Shown here piece by piece: positions 28,283 through 42,877 of a DNA stretch of 64,000 bases; position 1 is the stretch's first letter; each line of letters opens with the position of its first letter. Position numbers and translations under genes: made by a program. This DNA is from Octopus vulgaris. Its lineage: Eukaryota. The notes under the pieces are model-generated. The model searched no databases, was not told the origin of the DNA, and worked only from the letters and a program-made list of their open reading frames with translations. The stretch lies in NCBI GenBank assembly GCA_951406725.2, contig OX597818.1, forward strand, positions 41,168,001-41,232,000, read 5' to 3'.

Positions 28283-28327
28283 TGTCCGGAATTCTTTCGT
28301 CACACATCTGTAACCTCTTCAGCGACA
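28283..28327 (-). ncRNA. Minimal hammerhead-ribozyme-like motif
   Basis: The minus strand reads tgtcg CTGAAGA g gttaca gatg tgtgac GAAA gaat TC cggaca. Confidence 0.55.
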
Positions 28328-28879
28328 CTTTACGCCCTCGTGTATATATATCGTATGTGTGTGTATGTGTGCTCCCGGGCGTATTGTGTGTGTGAGTGTG
28401 TATGTGTCTGTGTGTTGTGCTTGAATGTGGATGTGTTGTGTGTGTGTGTGTGTGGAGTGTTGTGTGTGAGGGGGTGTGTGTTGTGTGTTGTGTATGCGTT
28501 AGAGAAGAAACTTCAAAGATCATATGTGCGTGTATGTGTGTGCTTGCGGACGTGTTGTGTGTGTATGTGTCTGTGTGTTGTGTGTGAATGTGGGTGTGTT
28601 GTGTGTGTGTGTGGAGTGTTGTGTGAGGGTGTGTGTGTATTGTGTGTGTGTTTTAGAGAAGAAACTTCAATCATCGTATGTGTGTGTATGTGTGCGCGCA
28701 AGGACGTGTTGTATGTGTGAGTGTGTATGTGTCTGTATGTTGTGTGTGAATGTGGGTGTGTTGTGTGGGGGTGGGGTGGTGAGGTGTGTGTGTGTCTAAG
28801 TGTGTTTGTATGGAGTGGACATGTATGTAGTGGTGGATATGTCAATGCATATTGAGCAAACGCGTGTACATACATGTAA

Positions 28880-28952
<73 letters not shown>

Positions 28953-31538
28953 TGTGTCTGTGTATGAGAGAGAAAAGGTGCGAAGAGGCGAAGGCAAGAG
29001 TGAGTCAAATCCCATGTTCTTCAAACGTATCTGTGAAGAAGAAAGGGTGGGGAGGGTGCAAAATGAAATAAATAAAGTTTCTGTGTATGTGTGTGTACGT
29101 GTGTTGTGGTTGAAGATGCAATAAAAGAAAAGAAAACAAAGGAGACAAAGAGAGAGCTAAGAAGGGAGAGTGTGATTAATTTTAGCAGCTTTTATAATTA
29201 CGGCAAGGAAATCGATGACAAGGTTGCCGTGTTGCGAACCAAATATCTCATCATAATCCCCAAAGACGTGTGGGTTGTCACGGACAAAATGCGCGTAGGA
29301 CAGAAAACATGCATAGACAGGATGCACTGTGAAATAACTGTTAAATGTTGCAGCATATATAGGTATAGTTTGATTGATTTCACACCAGGTGATTTTTGTG
29401 TTTATAAGATCAGGTGTTGTGGAGCCGTGCATGTGATGTACATATGGAACTAGCTCTTAAGTTGGGAAACTATTCAATGGTTTGTGGGGCTGTTGTAGAT
29501 TAGGGTTTTGAAGCATGTATTGCCAAACTAAGTACTCAGCTGTGTAGCATCAGGTGTTATGGAGCCGTCTATATATTGAGAAACCATCTATTCAATAGCG
29601 ATTAGCTGTGTATATATTGGGAAACTACTTGACATCGTTGTGTAGACGATTATATGTGGGGACGAGCAAAACACACACCCCCCGTCCAATGGACGGTGCT
29701 GAGTTGTCAAACATTTAAACCAAATTTTCTCAAAACGACTTGACCAACCGTCCCATAGGCCTCCATTTTGAGAAACACTGATTTAAGCTAACTTTGAGAC
29801 ACCAGCAAAAGAAGAAATAAAGATAGACTTTTTTTTCTATTCCAAGAAAAACGATTTTACAAATGCTTCCCCAAAACTTAGAAATATTCTTGCAGAGAGA
29901 AATATCAGAGACAGTGCTTTGCAGATTTAGCCGTTAAGGAACGTTTTAGAGAAGTCTTGTGAAATGCCTACGTTATGGAGATGGAGCAAAGCGGGCAGCA
30001 AATGAGGAAGATTTTCTTATTAGAGTATTTCCTCTGGTGCATTCTTTGTTGAGTTTTGTAAGAAAGGAATATTCGGAAAATTGGCAGAGATCTTGGTAAA
30101 TGAGTGAAATGAATCGCAAAGATTTTGGTGGTAAGCTGTTTTTAGGCTGTGCAATTCAGGAAGTTATCTTTTTCAATTCGCACTGTTATATGTTGTTGAG
30201 AAAAGTTATCGATGTCCAGATATAGATTTATTTTCCTTTTTGTATACAATCGATAATATTGGGATTGCTCCCTTACCAGGACGCCCTTGTGGGATGTAAA
30301 CTTCATATTTCAATTTACATTCAATATCTATTTCCCTTTTACATTTCATTACATTCAATAATTATTGCTTTTTATGGTGTAAACACGTAATTCTATATCT
30401 GTTTAGTTTACTTAGTAGGAATAATAGTTATTAGGAGGGGTCGGGAAAGTCATTTACTTCACAACTTGAAGGAAATATTTGTCAGTCTTCTTTGCAAAGT
30501 ATGTGTAGCTGAGCACTGGTCTGTGAATCATTCTGATTTATCTGTTATTTGAAACTACGCCAAATGAGTTCTCGGGACTTTAAACAAAAATCATTTATGA
30601 ATCTCGTTTTCCTGGTTGTTTTCTTTGAGTGAAATCGTGGATTGAAACAAATATTATTCTACTTTGGGAAAATCATCCTGCCTGTTAAACAAACACACTG
30701 ATTGTATAAACAATTATGTAGATAATTATTTAATAATTTAATTGCTTTATCTGATCTTTCGTCACAGACTGTGAACGTATCGATGATGATGGGTGCCTCA
30801 TACAATTTCTCCTTTCTCTCTGTTTGTATCTCGGAGACAAATGGTCCATAAGTCTTCTCTATGTTTGCATCTCGATGCCTTTAAGTGAGTCATTCATGAC
30901 TCACTTGCAAAGTATAATCTCATTGTCTGCGAGGCTGACAACCGGAAGGAACACAATTGTCATATTAGTGTTAATCCACTAATATAGATAGTATCAATTT
31001 ACCAATGTGGGGAAGGCGATCAAATAAAATACCAGTCAAGTTCTGGAGTCGATTTAATTCTTTTTACTCTAATTTCAGGCATTGTTCCTATATCAGAAAC
31101 CATTTATGAATGTTAGAAAAGAACACTATCATAAATACGTAGTTCTGTCCAAATAATGTTTCGCTCCAAATGAATACTGCATACTTAATCACTTTATGCA
31201 ATGTTAAATCGCCCAATGACATCGTTAATTCACGAATGGTGTAAATCCTTGGTCGAGGAAGATAATATTTCTCCATGGATGCAAAGAGGAGAATGTTTGC
31301 ATGTATGTAGGAAATTATATTACTCCATGAATGCAGCGAACGATGTTGTTCGAGGAAAGAATGAAATGAAATAAAGACCTGAATCGAATGAATGGAAGGA
31401 AAATGCATTGAAACGATTGGATAAATTGATTCTGTAGCTGATCTTTCACCTCACGCATATTTGTGTATGTGTGTATGTATGTATGTATGTATGTATGTAT
31501 GTATGTATGTATGTATGTATGTATGTAGAGATAGATAT

Positions 31539-31581
<43 letters not shown>

Positions 31582-31584
31582 TAT

Positions 31585-31652
<68 letters not shown>

Positions 31653-31665
31653 GGATGGATGGATG

Positions 31666-31762
<97 letters not shown>

Positions 31763-31926
31763 CAATCTGCATGATAAATATCTATCAACATGAATATCAG
31801 CAATTGTGCCAGTTGCAACCAAATAATTGATTACCGTTTCCGAGTATTTCTCTGAAAGTCTCTCACTCTCTCTCTCTCCACCTCTCTCTCTCTCTCTCTC
31901 TCTCTCTCCACCTCTCTGCTCTCTTC

Positions 31927-31963
<37 letters not shown>

Positions 31964-32006
31964 GTATATATGTAGGGGTTATTTATATACATTTATACAT
32001 CTATCT

Positions 32007-32087
<81 letters not shown>

Positions 32088-32390
32088 TATGTATACTGCC
32101 AAGCACAAGGACATACATACATACATACATACATACATACATACATGTATATGTACATACATACATACACTCACCACTTAAAAACACTTCGGTCAGGGAA
32201 ATACTGATACCACCGTGACAACAGCAAATGCTCTAACACTACCACTTCTACCAATACATTAGCACCAACACTGTCAACACACTGACACCACCGCTCGCAA
32301 TGCACTAGCACCAACACCACTACTAGTATATTCATCCCACTGCCACTAGCAACACCACTATTATGTCAGATGTACCGTATTGACAACTAT

Positions 32391-32563
32391 AGGCGCAGGA
32401 GTGGCTGTGTCGTAAGTAGCTTGCTTACCAACCACATGACTCCGGGTTCAGTCCCACTGCGTGGCACTTTGGGCAAGTATCTTCTACTATAGCCCCTGGC
32501 CAACCAAAGCCTTGTGAGTGGATTTGGTTGACGGAAACTGAAAGAAGCCCGACGTATATATGC

Positions 32564-32626
<63 letters not shown>

Positions 32627-32825
32627 TGTGTCTGTGTTTGTCCCTCCAATATCACTTGACATCCGATGCTGGTGTGTTTACGTCCCCAGCGGTTCGGCAA
32701 AAGAGACCGATAGAATAAGTACTAGACTTCCCAAGAATAAGTCCTGGGGTCGATTTGCTCGACTAAAGGCGATGCTCCAGCATGGCCGCAGTCAAATGAC
32801 TGAAATAAGTAAAAGAGTAAAGGAG
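32391..32825 (+). mobile_element. SINE family B, full length
   Basis: Has the GGCGCAGGAGTGGCTGTG head, an internal (TG)n and the tail GTAAAAGAGTAAAGGAG. Confidence 0.85.
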
Positions 32826-32842
32826 TATACAGGGAAAATAAG

Positions 32843-33055
32843 ATGGCGAGCTGGCAGAATCATTAGACCACCAGGCAAAATGCCGAGCAGCATTTCGTCT
32901 GTCTTCACGGTTTGAGTTCAAATTCCGCCGAGGTCGACTTTCTCATAATCCTTCTGGAATTGATAAAGTAAGTACCAATCGAACATTGGAGTCGATGTAA
33001 TCGACTTATTCACACTCCCGAAACTGCTAGCCTCGAGCCAACATTTCAAACCAAT
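32843..33055 (+). mobile_element. SINE family A, diverged
   Basis: Reads GGCGAGCTGGCAGAATC...GAGTTCAAATTCCGCCGAGGTCGAC...AAGTACCA...GTCGATGTAATCGAC. Confidence 0.8.
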
Positions 33056-33123
33056 TGCACATGGAAACCGATTAGTGAGCTTCTCTGTTGATAGCTATTT
33101 ATTATGCAGATTGCTATCTACAG

Positions 33124-33184
<61 letters not shown>

Positions 33185-33290
33185 TTCTCGCTCTCTCTCT
33201 CTAAACACATAAATGTATATACTCAAATACCAGTGGTAGAGTAATATGCTTTATTTAATTGTTTGTATTTTTTACATTACACACACACAC

Positions 33291-33347
<57 letters not shown>

Positions 33348-33638
33348 GGATGTGTGTATTTTTCCCTTGTTTACAATTAACACAGAAAAAGTAAATAAAC
33401 AGTTACCAGGGCAGCCAAAAACGCACAAGTAATAAGGATGTAACATCCTGTTTGTAAAAGTAGTAACTCCGGGTTGATGTGAAACATTTTGTATAATATA
33501 TATAAATAAATAAATGGAGTTAAACGCAGGTTGTCTTCGAAACATATGTCGGAAGTAAAAGAATTTGAATAACACCTGTGTTTAACTCCATTTATATATA
33601 TATATATATATATATATACCAGATGATCAACCTAGAGT

Positions 33639-33678
<40 letters not shown>

Positions 33679-34413
33679 ACATACATACATACATACATAC
33701 ATACATACATACATACATACATACATACATACATACATGTATACAGAAATATGCGTGAGGTGAAAGATCAGCTGCAGAATCAATTTATCCAATCGTTTCA
33801 ATGCATTTTCCTTCCATTCATTCGATTCAGGTCTTTATCTGCTAGAAACAGCAGCCAAAACATTTTGAAATTACATCCAACAAGTCTTGGGGAAGAAAAT
33901 CGATACATTGGGTCAAGAGAGCAATGTTTTTGGTCATACTTCTGCTTCTGTCAGTGTTGAGATTGTGTTAAGCAACAAAACTCAACAACACCAGCAACAG
34001 CGCTGATTATTATAAACTTAGTCAAAATATCTATCACTGCCTACGATATGGCCTGTTCCAGTAACACCAGAATTCACTGACAGTGAAGGCTCATTGAATA
34101 GTACGGCTTCAAAAGCGTCTGTGAAACCTAATCGCCCACACACACAAACACACACACATACCTTCTCTGTCTTCTGGTACTGTGCAGAGCCATTTATTTT
34201 GAAATCAGGAAGGAGAGCAACGTTGCCAACTTGCAGTATCACTTCTCAGTGTCGTGGAAGGTCACTGACATTACAGAAAGACAAATGGGGTTTCACGATA
34301 TATGCTTGTGAGTGTGTTTGTGTGTATGCATGTGTCTCGGTGTGTGCGTATATATGTATGTGTGTGTGTGTGTGTGTGTGCATATATCATGGATGTGAAT
34401 ATTTGTGTGTATG

Positions 34414-34459
<46 letters not shown>

Positions 34460-34475
34460 AATATATGAGTGTATA

Positions 34476-34527
<52 letters not shown>

Positions 34528-34599
34528 TAAAGAGAGGGAGAGAGAAAGGGAAAGAGAAAGATATAGAGGAACTATAGATAGAGAGAGAGAGGGAGGGAG

Positions 34600-34681
<82 letters not shown>

Positions 34682-35014
34682 GCAGACAGACACACAGACA
34701 GGCAGGCAGACAGACAGACAGACAGAAAGACAGACAGACAGACAGACATGCAGAAATAAAGAGTAAAAGTGAGAGACTGAGTGGAGCTGTTTGCCGTCGT
34801 CATTGTGGTGAATCAAGATGAAACGGAGTACGCGAGAGAAGTATTAGAAAAGAAAGAAAAACAGAATAAAGAAAGAGAAGGGGGGAAGAGAGAAATGTAG
34901 GAAGAAAGGAAGGAATGAATGTAGGAAGAAAGGTTAAGAAGAAACAAACAAACAAACAAACCAGAAAGGATACATCGTGTATCTCCATGTTTGAGTTTGT
35001 GTGCATGTGTATAT

Positions 35015-35048
<34 letters not shown>

Positions 35049-35297
35049 TGTGTGTGTGGTAATGTGAGCAATGTACAATTGTGTATTCGTGGAGGGTTTT
35101 GTGTGCTTTTGTTTCTGTTACAAGTGTGTATGTGCCTTGTATAATTACGCACATATATATATGTGTGTGTGTGTATGTATAATATGTGTGTGTGCGCGCG
35201 TATAATATCTGTGTGTAAAATCATTCATACATGCCTCGAAATCTGTATCGGCACATGAGTTCACATGAAGAATCTTGCAAACCAAATACAAAACCGG

Positions 35298-35427
<130 letters not shown>

Positions 35428-35458
35428 CAGATATATATACATATACAGATATATATAC

Positions 35459-35524
<66 letters not shown>

Positions 35525-35591
35525 TATACATATATATATATACATATATATACATATATACATATATATATACATATATGTATACATATAT

Positions 35592-35635
<44 letters not shown>

Positions 35636-36259
35636 TCACACATGCATGCGTACATACTTAGGTTTATAATCATGCATATACACCATGTTTAAATGTGTAT
35701 ACAATTGTGTGCACGCGCGAGTGAATGCCTATATTTATCCGTCATTCTGCTTGTTGTGTGTTTCTACATGTGATGTATGCGCAACTTGGTTTGTGTGCTG
35801 GTGGCTTGTGCTATATAAGGCTGCGAGAAGAATACATGTTACAGATTTATTGATAAATATGGAGAAAGCAGACGACAGCGGAAGCGGAAGGCAAATGTAG
35901 TTGATGAGATGAAATAACATTTTTTACGCTCTGAGGAAACAAGATATTTGTATTCTTTATTAGATTTTCGTACAAGGCATATAACGACGTTAATTAAATC
36001 TTGTCCGTCCCCCCTTTTAAACACGGATGCTGTTGTAAGGGAAGACATCCAGCATTATTTGCTACAGTGATGTATTTGGTTGTGTATGTATGTGTCTATG
36101 TGAACGCATGGTTATGAACACCAGTTTCTGTCTTTCTATGCATATGTGTTTGTGTGTGTGTATTTTGTAACTGTATCGGCATCTCTCTCTGTTTTCATAC
36201 TATATGTGTACTCGCTTCTGTATCATCAGTCACAGACAAAACAGGCAAACAGGCAGTTC

Positions 36260-37010
36260 TTAAGGGGAAAACATGAGTATCCTCCACAATACCTTGTTTC
36301 TGGACATGTTTACTGCTTCCCCTTTACACGGTGTTTCCCAACTTTTAGTTACACGATTATCGATATTTGACCTTTGTTCATTCGCTTTTCCTCTCCCCGT
36401 AGGTTCCAACTTAAAACCAAACCTTTCGATCCACTTATATGATATTATTAGAACATATCGAAGCCTTTGTTATCTGCAGCTTCTTATTCTCTAGTGATAT
36501 AAACTATCGATATTCCTTCTCTTTTGCCGTTAAATCATTCGAAATCAGTGAATGTGGAAATCATCAGCTAAACTCCAACCACATGCGAATTTCTTATCTT
36601 CACTCTCCATATCTCTGAAGGAGAACTACATGTCAAACAATACTTAGACTATCTTTCACTGCCATACATCTTTTTACTCTAGCGAAAATACCTTTCCCTG
36701 TTCTTAAATGTGTTTTGATGTTCCCTTGCACCAGAGAGTGACTTAGTGTGTATTGACTCCTTACAATTAGCTAAAGCACATCTGATATGTCTGTCTTCAA
36801 GAGAGTCTCTATTGGCGCGCTTTAATCCTCTTGCTTTCTTCAGATTCATGTGACAATTTTAACCCAACACTGCAAACATGCAACGTGCATTATTGAATAT
36901 TCCTACACATGGTGCATATATTAAATAAGGTTCACTACACTAGAGAAAGTTAGGTCTCTTGCAATTGACTTAAGACAAATCTTTTGCACAGTAAGTCGAT
37001 AGCCCAATAA
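36260..37010 (-). mobile_element. Highly degraded LINE (RTE-like) RT C-terminal relic
   Basis: The minus strand has ATG TAT GGC AGT GAA AGA TAG (MYGSER*, compare LYGSETW) near 36670, with many stops. Boundaries are approximate. Confidence 0.35.
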
Positions 37011-37167
37011 ATTTGGTCAACTGCACCTCCATATCTCCCCCGCCTCTCTCTCTCTCTCTCTCATTCAGTCACTTACTCCCTCACACACACACACTCTCTC
37101 TCTCTCTCTCTCTTTCTCTCACTTACACACTCATACACTCTCTCTCTTACCCTCTTTTCTTTTTTTC

Positions 37168-37202
<35 letters not shown>

Positions 37203-37217
37203 TATTTATTTTATTCT

Positions 37218-37519
37218 TTTATTTATGCGCCCTTTTTAAGCCTAGCCAGGCTCATGGGCCCGGTTTCTATGGTGGATGTATTCCCCCCCAGCTGGAAGGG
37301 ACGCCAGTCCATCGCAGCGTTACTCAAGAAACAGGAAGAAAGAGTGAGAGAAAGTTGGGTCGAAAGAGTACAACAGGGGTCGCCATACCCTCTGCCGGAG
37401 CGTCGTGGAGCCTTAGGTGTATTTTCACTCAATAAACACACACAACGCCCGGTCTAGGAAACGAAACAGCGATCCTCCGACCGCGAGTTCGCTGCCCAAA
37501 CCACTGGACCATTGCGCCT

Positions 37520-37521
<2 letters not shown>
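37218..37521 (-). mobile_element. SINE family D variant with a V-domain-like block
   Basis: Has a family C-like head. The tail contains TGCGATGGACTGGCGTCCCTTCCAG, resembling the V-SINE conserved motif. Confidence 0.8.
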
Positions 37522-37560
<39 letters not shown>

Positions 37561-37563
<3 letters not shown>

Positions 37564-37785
37564 CTTACTGCCCACAGGGGCTAAACACAGAGGGGACAAA
37601 CAAGGACAGACAAAGGGATTAAGTTGATTACATCGACCCCAGTGCGTAACTGGTACTTTATTTATCGACCCCGAAAGGATGAAAGGTAAAGTCGACCTCT
37701 GCGGAATTTGAACTCAGAACGTAACGGCGGACGAAATACGGCTACGCATTTCGCCCGGCGTGCTAACGTTTCTGCCAGCTCACCG
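37561..37785 (-). mobile_element. SINE family A
   Basis: Close match to 3389-3611. Confidence 0.85.
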
Positions 37786-37789
37786 CGTT

Positions 37790-37878
<89 letters not shown>

Positions 37879-39193
37879 TGTGTGTGTGTGTGTGTGTACA
37901 TATATATTTTTCTCCTTCTCTCTCTCTCTCTCTCTTTCTCTCTCGCTTCTGTCTCTATGCTTCATTATAGCTGGGATATAAATCTTCCATGGATATTTTC
38001 CAATCACTGTTGTAATTTCTTTTATGATAATATTTAATGTTATACTCGGAAGTTATAAAAGTTAAACTTGCAATTTGTAGATCCAGTTGATGGACGCAGT
38101 TTGCCGATTCAGCTCGGTCAATAACTGCTGCCGGCCGTTTTACTGTGATTTTATATGTCATACGTATAAGTTATAGAAATTAAGGATACAATCTAGAATG
38201 CAATCGTATAGATTCATTTAACGACTGTAATTTATATAGATCCAGATTATAACAACCGATTTGATGTGTTAACATTTGATATTAATTTGCGGTGGTTCAA
38301 GTAGATTGTTCCCTTTTTGCAGGATATAGATTCATTTGTATAAGGTATCTAGATTTAGGTTCTTGGATATAATTTATGAGATTCTGTGGCGAATTCTTGT
38401 ATTTGACTTCAGTTTGTAATTGTAACTGGCAATTCAGTTTTATGGGTTCAACTTTGACATTAAGCAGCGAAGAATTGATGAATCCAGATGCTGCATAGAG
38501 GCTGTGGAACTGGTTTTAGCTGTTGTTTAACCCCAAGTTGAACATGATCAAGCAGATCTATAACCAAAGGATCCGGCTTTCTTTCTCAAATATAATGTAT
38601 CTCGGATCATTTTATCCAGTGCATGCGTTCTTGTATAAAGGCAGCAAGGTGGCAGAATTGTTAGCACGTCGGGTGAAATGCTTAGCAGCATTTCTTCTGG
38701 ATTTGTACGATGAGTGTTCAAATCCCGGCGGAGTCAACTTTTCCCCTTTTATCACTTCAAGACGGATAGAATAAAGTACTGAGGTCAATGTAATCTGCTT
38801 TTCTCCCTCACATCAGAGCTGCTGACCTTGAACCATGCAACGGGCCGACATCACATTCACGGTGACATTCTGATCTATGTCCCTTACACGCTATGGAAAT
38901 CGAGTAACCGACCTTATGAGTCCTAACACCAGAGAAAAAAACAAAGTTTATAAGATAGCAAGGTGCAGTTCTAATGAAAATTATCTGTTATGACTTGCCA
39001 GTCGAACGTTAAACGCTCCCTCGTTGAATCTATTGTGAGACTAGATACGACCTAGATGGCAGTCATGTAATAAATGTTTCTAGGATAGATGGACAGACAG
39101 TCAGACAGACAGATAGACAGATAGATAGATAGATAGATAGATAGATAGGTAGGTAGGTAGGTAGGTAGGTAGGTAGGTAGGTAGGTAGGTAGG

Positions 39194-39238
<45 letters not shown>

Positions 39239-39270
39239 TCTAGGTTGATCATCTGGATATGTGTGTGTGA

Positions 39271-39335
<65 letters not shown>

Positions 39336-39379
39336 CTAGGATGATCGTCACTGTGGCTGAATTATCATATTTACAAAAG

Positions 39380-39762
39380 TAGGAGTGGTTATGTGGTAAG
39401 TAGCTTGCTTACCAACCACACGGTTCCGGGTTCAGTCCCGTCTTCTAGTATAGCCTCGGGCCGAGTGGATTTGGAAGACGGAAACTGAAAGAAGCCCGTC
39501 GTATATATGTATATATATATATATATATATATGCATGTGCGTATATATGTTTGTGTGTCTGTGATCCCATCCCCAACATCGCTTGACAACCGATGCTGGT
39601 GTGTTTACGTCCCCGTAACCCAGCGGTTCGTCAAAAAGGAACCGATAGAATAAGTACAAGGCTTACAAAGAATAAGTCCTGGGGTCGATTTGCTCGACTA
39701 AAGGCGGTGCTCCAGCATGGCCACAGTCACATGACTGAAACAAGTAAAAGAGTAAAAGAGTA
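39380..39762 (+). mobile_element. SINE family B with a small internal deletion
   Basis: Colinear with 32391-32825 and ends in (GTAAAAGA)n. Confidence 0.85.
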
Positions 39763-40299
39763 AAGTGGTTCGGCTCTCCTTGGGGAAAGCCTTTAAATTT
39801 GTAGTGATAAAGAATTTAATTTTATTATGCTGATATCTTTCAACGTCGCATCGGAAATGTAAACAATGAGAAATAAATCATGTATCAAATCACATCCGCA
39901 CGTAGATTTCATTTACCAAAATGTTATTACCGTTCTGTGATATCTGCATCGATATAAAAATCATTGTTCTATGAACAGTAAATGTTATTGCGCAAATGGA
40001 ATCGGTAAATTGCGTGTCATCAGTGGAATCTACAAATTGCAGATTTAACATATATGTCTTAGATATATGTATATAATAAAACTATTTAGAAATATTTCAT
40101 ACACATGTATGAAGCCTTTGTATTTAAAAGTAATTGAATGAGAGGTTGTGGCTTTCATGTCTATTTCATTGTATTGATCTGCGTAATTGAGATTGACCGA
40201 CTTCACTGGAATCTTTATCTCTAAAGAGTTAATATGTCTGTAATGATGGTTTCTGATGACAAAAACCTACAATTTAATTTTATAAGAAAGAGCATATAC

Positions 40300-40533
40300 T
40301 TTTCTGCGATAGGCGCAAGGCCCGAAATTTTTGAGGGAGAGGGCCAGTCGATTAGATCGACCTCAGTACGCAACGGGTATTTAATTTATCGACCCCGAAA
40401 GGATGAAAAGCAAAGTCGACCGCGTCGGAATTTGAACTGAGAACGTAACGACAGACGAAATACCTATTTCTTTACCACCCACAAGGAGCTAAACACAGAG
40501 AGGACAAATAAGAACAGACACACGGATTAAGTC
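40300..40533 (-). mobile_element. SINE family A, partial dimer
   Basis: Contains the right monomer and the inter-monomer tail, colinear with 19970-20200. Confidence 0.8.
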
Positions 40534-40723
40534 ATGATGGTCACAGCTGGCATGTCTTGTATCGTTTGTCTGCTCGAACAAGCGTGCATGGCTTTTCTTT
40601 TTTTTTTTTTGTATTCTTACTTTTAGATGATGATTATAAAAGCAAATCAGCCGTTTGTATAACTACCTTAAGAAAGAACATATTGAACAGACAATGTAGT
40701 CCCTGTTACAGCAAAAGTCGTGA

Positions 40724-40784
<61 letters not shown>

Positions 40785-40867
40785 ACCGCTACTGCTGCTG
40801 CTGTTACTACTACCACCATCACAGTAATCACCACCATCACAGTAATCACCACCATCACCACCACCAT

Positions 40868-40925
<58 letters not shown>

Positions 40926-41056
40926 GCTGCTACTGCTGATGCTGCTGTTACTACTACCACCAGCACAGTAATCACCATCACCATTACTACTACTACTACT
41001 TACTACTACTACTGCTACAAATAATAATAATAATAATAATAATGATGATGATAACA

Positions 41057-41114
<58 letters not shown>

Positions 41115-41738
41115 TAATAATAATAAAATCGCTCCTACAACCAACTACCAGAGACGACCATGCTATCCGTAATAACGTGTAAGATTTAGTCGCATGAAGA
41201 TAGAAACGATGAAGTAAGTGTGTAAAAACAATGATGATATTTTGGTGAAGAGAACAAAGAAAGAATGGAGAAGAAAGAAGTTGGCATGAGGGACATTATC
41301 TTGCGTAACCGCTGCGTATTTTCTAAGCCCTTTAAAAGAAATGAAAGGGAACAGACGACCAGAGTTCAGTCAAAACAAAAAATGATACAATGTGGCGGAT
41401 AGGTATGTGGGCGGTTTTAAAAAGGTCAGACGGGGATTAAGATTAAAAGTTAATTATGCAATAAACAAAACGGGATTTTAATGCAAGAAGAGGTGGATGG
41501 ATATATGTGTGTGTATGTGTACAATTATGCATGTGCGTGTGTGTGTATGTATATATATATATATGTGTGTGTGTGTATATATACATACATACATACATAT
41601 ATATATCTATATATACATATACATACATACGTACATACGTATATATATATACTATCTCTCTCTCTCACACACACACACATATATATATATGTATGTATGT
41701 CTATGTATATGTGTGTGTTTGTATGTTTGTTTAGATAA

Positions 41739-41829
<91 letters not shown>

Positions 41830-42803
41830 TGCATGTATGTATTTATAACTATGCATGTATGTATATATGTATGTGCATATTTGTCTATATATCTGTGTAT
41901 ACATGTATGTACGTGCGTGTTTGTGCATCTATGTATGCATGTGTGCATGTATGTATGTATATCTTGAGTGTTCAAATAGATGTACGACTGCTACTGTAGA
42001 TTAACATCATCAAGTCTGTTCCTAGTATAGTGGATAAGCTACGACTATACTTAATGCTATTACTAGTCATCAATATCTATAAAGCTGAAATGTGAAAAAG
42101 TTGTTTGATTTCTTGGTTATTTGTCTCATTTTGGGATGAGAACGGTTTAAAGGGCGGTAGATGGGGTCGGATTGGCGCCAAAATTTACATTGGGGTAGTA
42201 GGCAATGGTGTGAGGAGGGTTGCAAGTCGCTCGGAGTTACCGTTCGGTTGGCATGGTGAGGAATATGGGAAAAGGAGAAAAGAAAGAGTGGAAGAAGAGA
42301 AAGAAGAAAAAGAAGATAAAGACGAAGAAAAAATTTTTAAAAAAGAAAAAGAAAAAGAAGAGGGCAATAAAAAGAACCAGGCAAAGAAGACGAACAAAAG
42401 AAGAATGGGAAAAGGAGACAACGCGCACAAAACCACACCACCACCAAAACCCGAGCAAATCACGGGTCAAAATAGCTAGTTATGAAATACAATGCAAATG
42501 TAGAAGAAATTATGATAAACACAAGTTTATTTCAGTTGTCCCTACGTACCTTTCCCCATTGTGGTTATTTCAAACTTTCCAGTGTATGTTCCAAGTACAA
42601 TTGGAGGCTTAACTTTAACTCTCTGGAGTATAATACAATTAAATGCTCCCTGATGATCCGTTGTGGTTAAGTATCCAATTGCACTTGGAACATCCATTGC
42701 AGAATTCCAAAGAAATATAATGGTGGAACGCACGCAAGAACTTATACATACATATATATGTGTGTGCGTGTATGTAAGAGTGTGTGTGCGTGTGCATGTG
42801 TGT

Positions 42804-42877
<74 letters not shown>

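Larger units (their letters stand above)
31371..33838. repeat. Inverted repeat pair: 92-bp unique arms (31371-31462 and 33747-33838) extended inward by complementary microsatellites
   Basis: The arms are 91/92 identical in reverse complement. Inward, (TATG)n(GATA)n faces (TATC)n(TACA)n. Confidence 0.9.

Noticed and set aside
35811-35900. TATATAAG followed by a short ATG frame (MEKADDSGSGRQM*)
   Set aside because: TATA-like words are ubiquitous here, and there is no strong donor or other support.
41319-41340. 22-mer matching 46846-46867 at 21/22
   Set aside because: It is AT-rich and short, with no extended homology, so chance or a tiny repeat fragment cannot be excluded.
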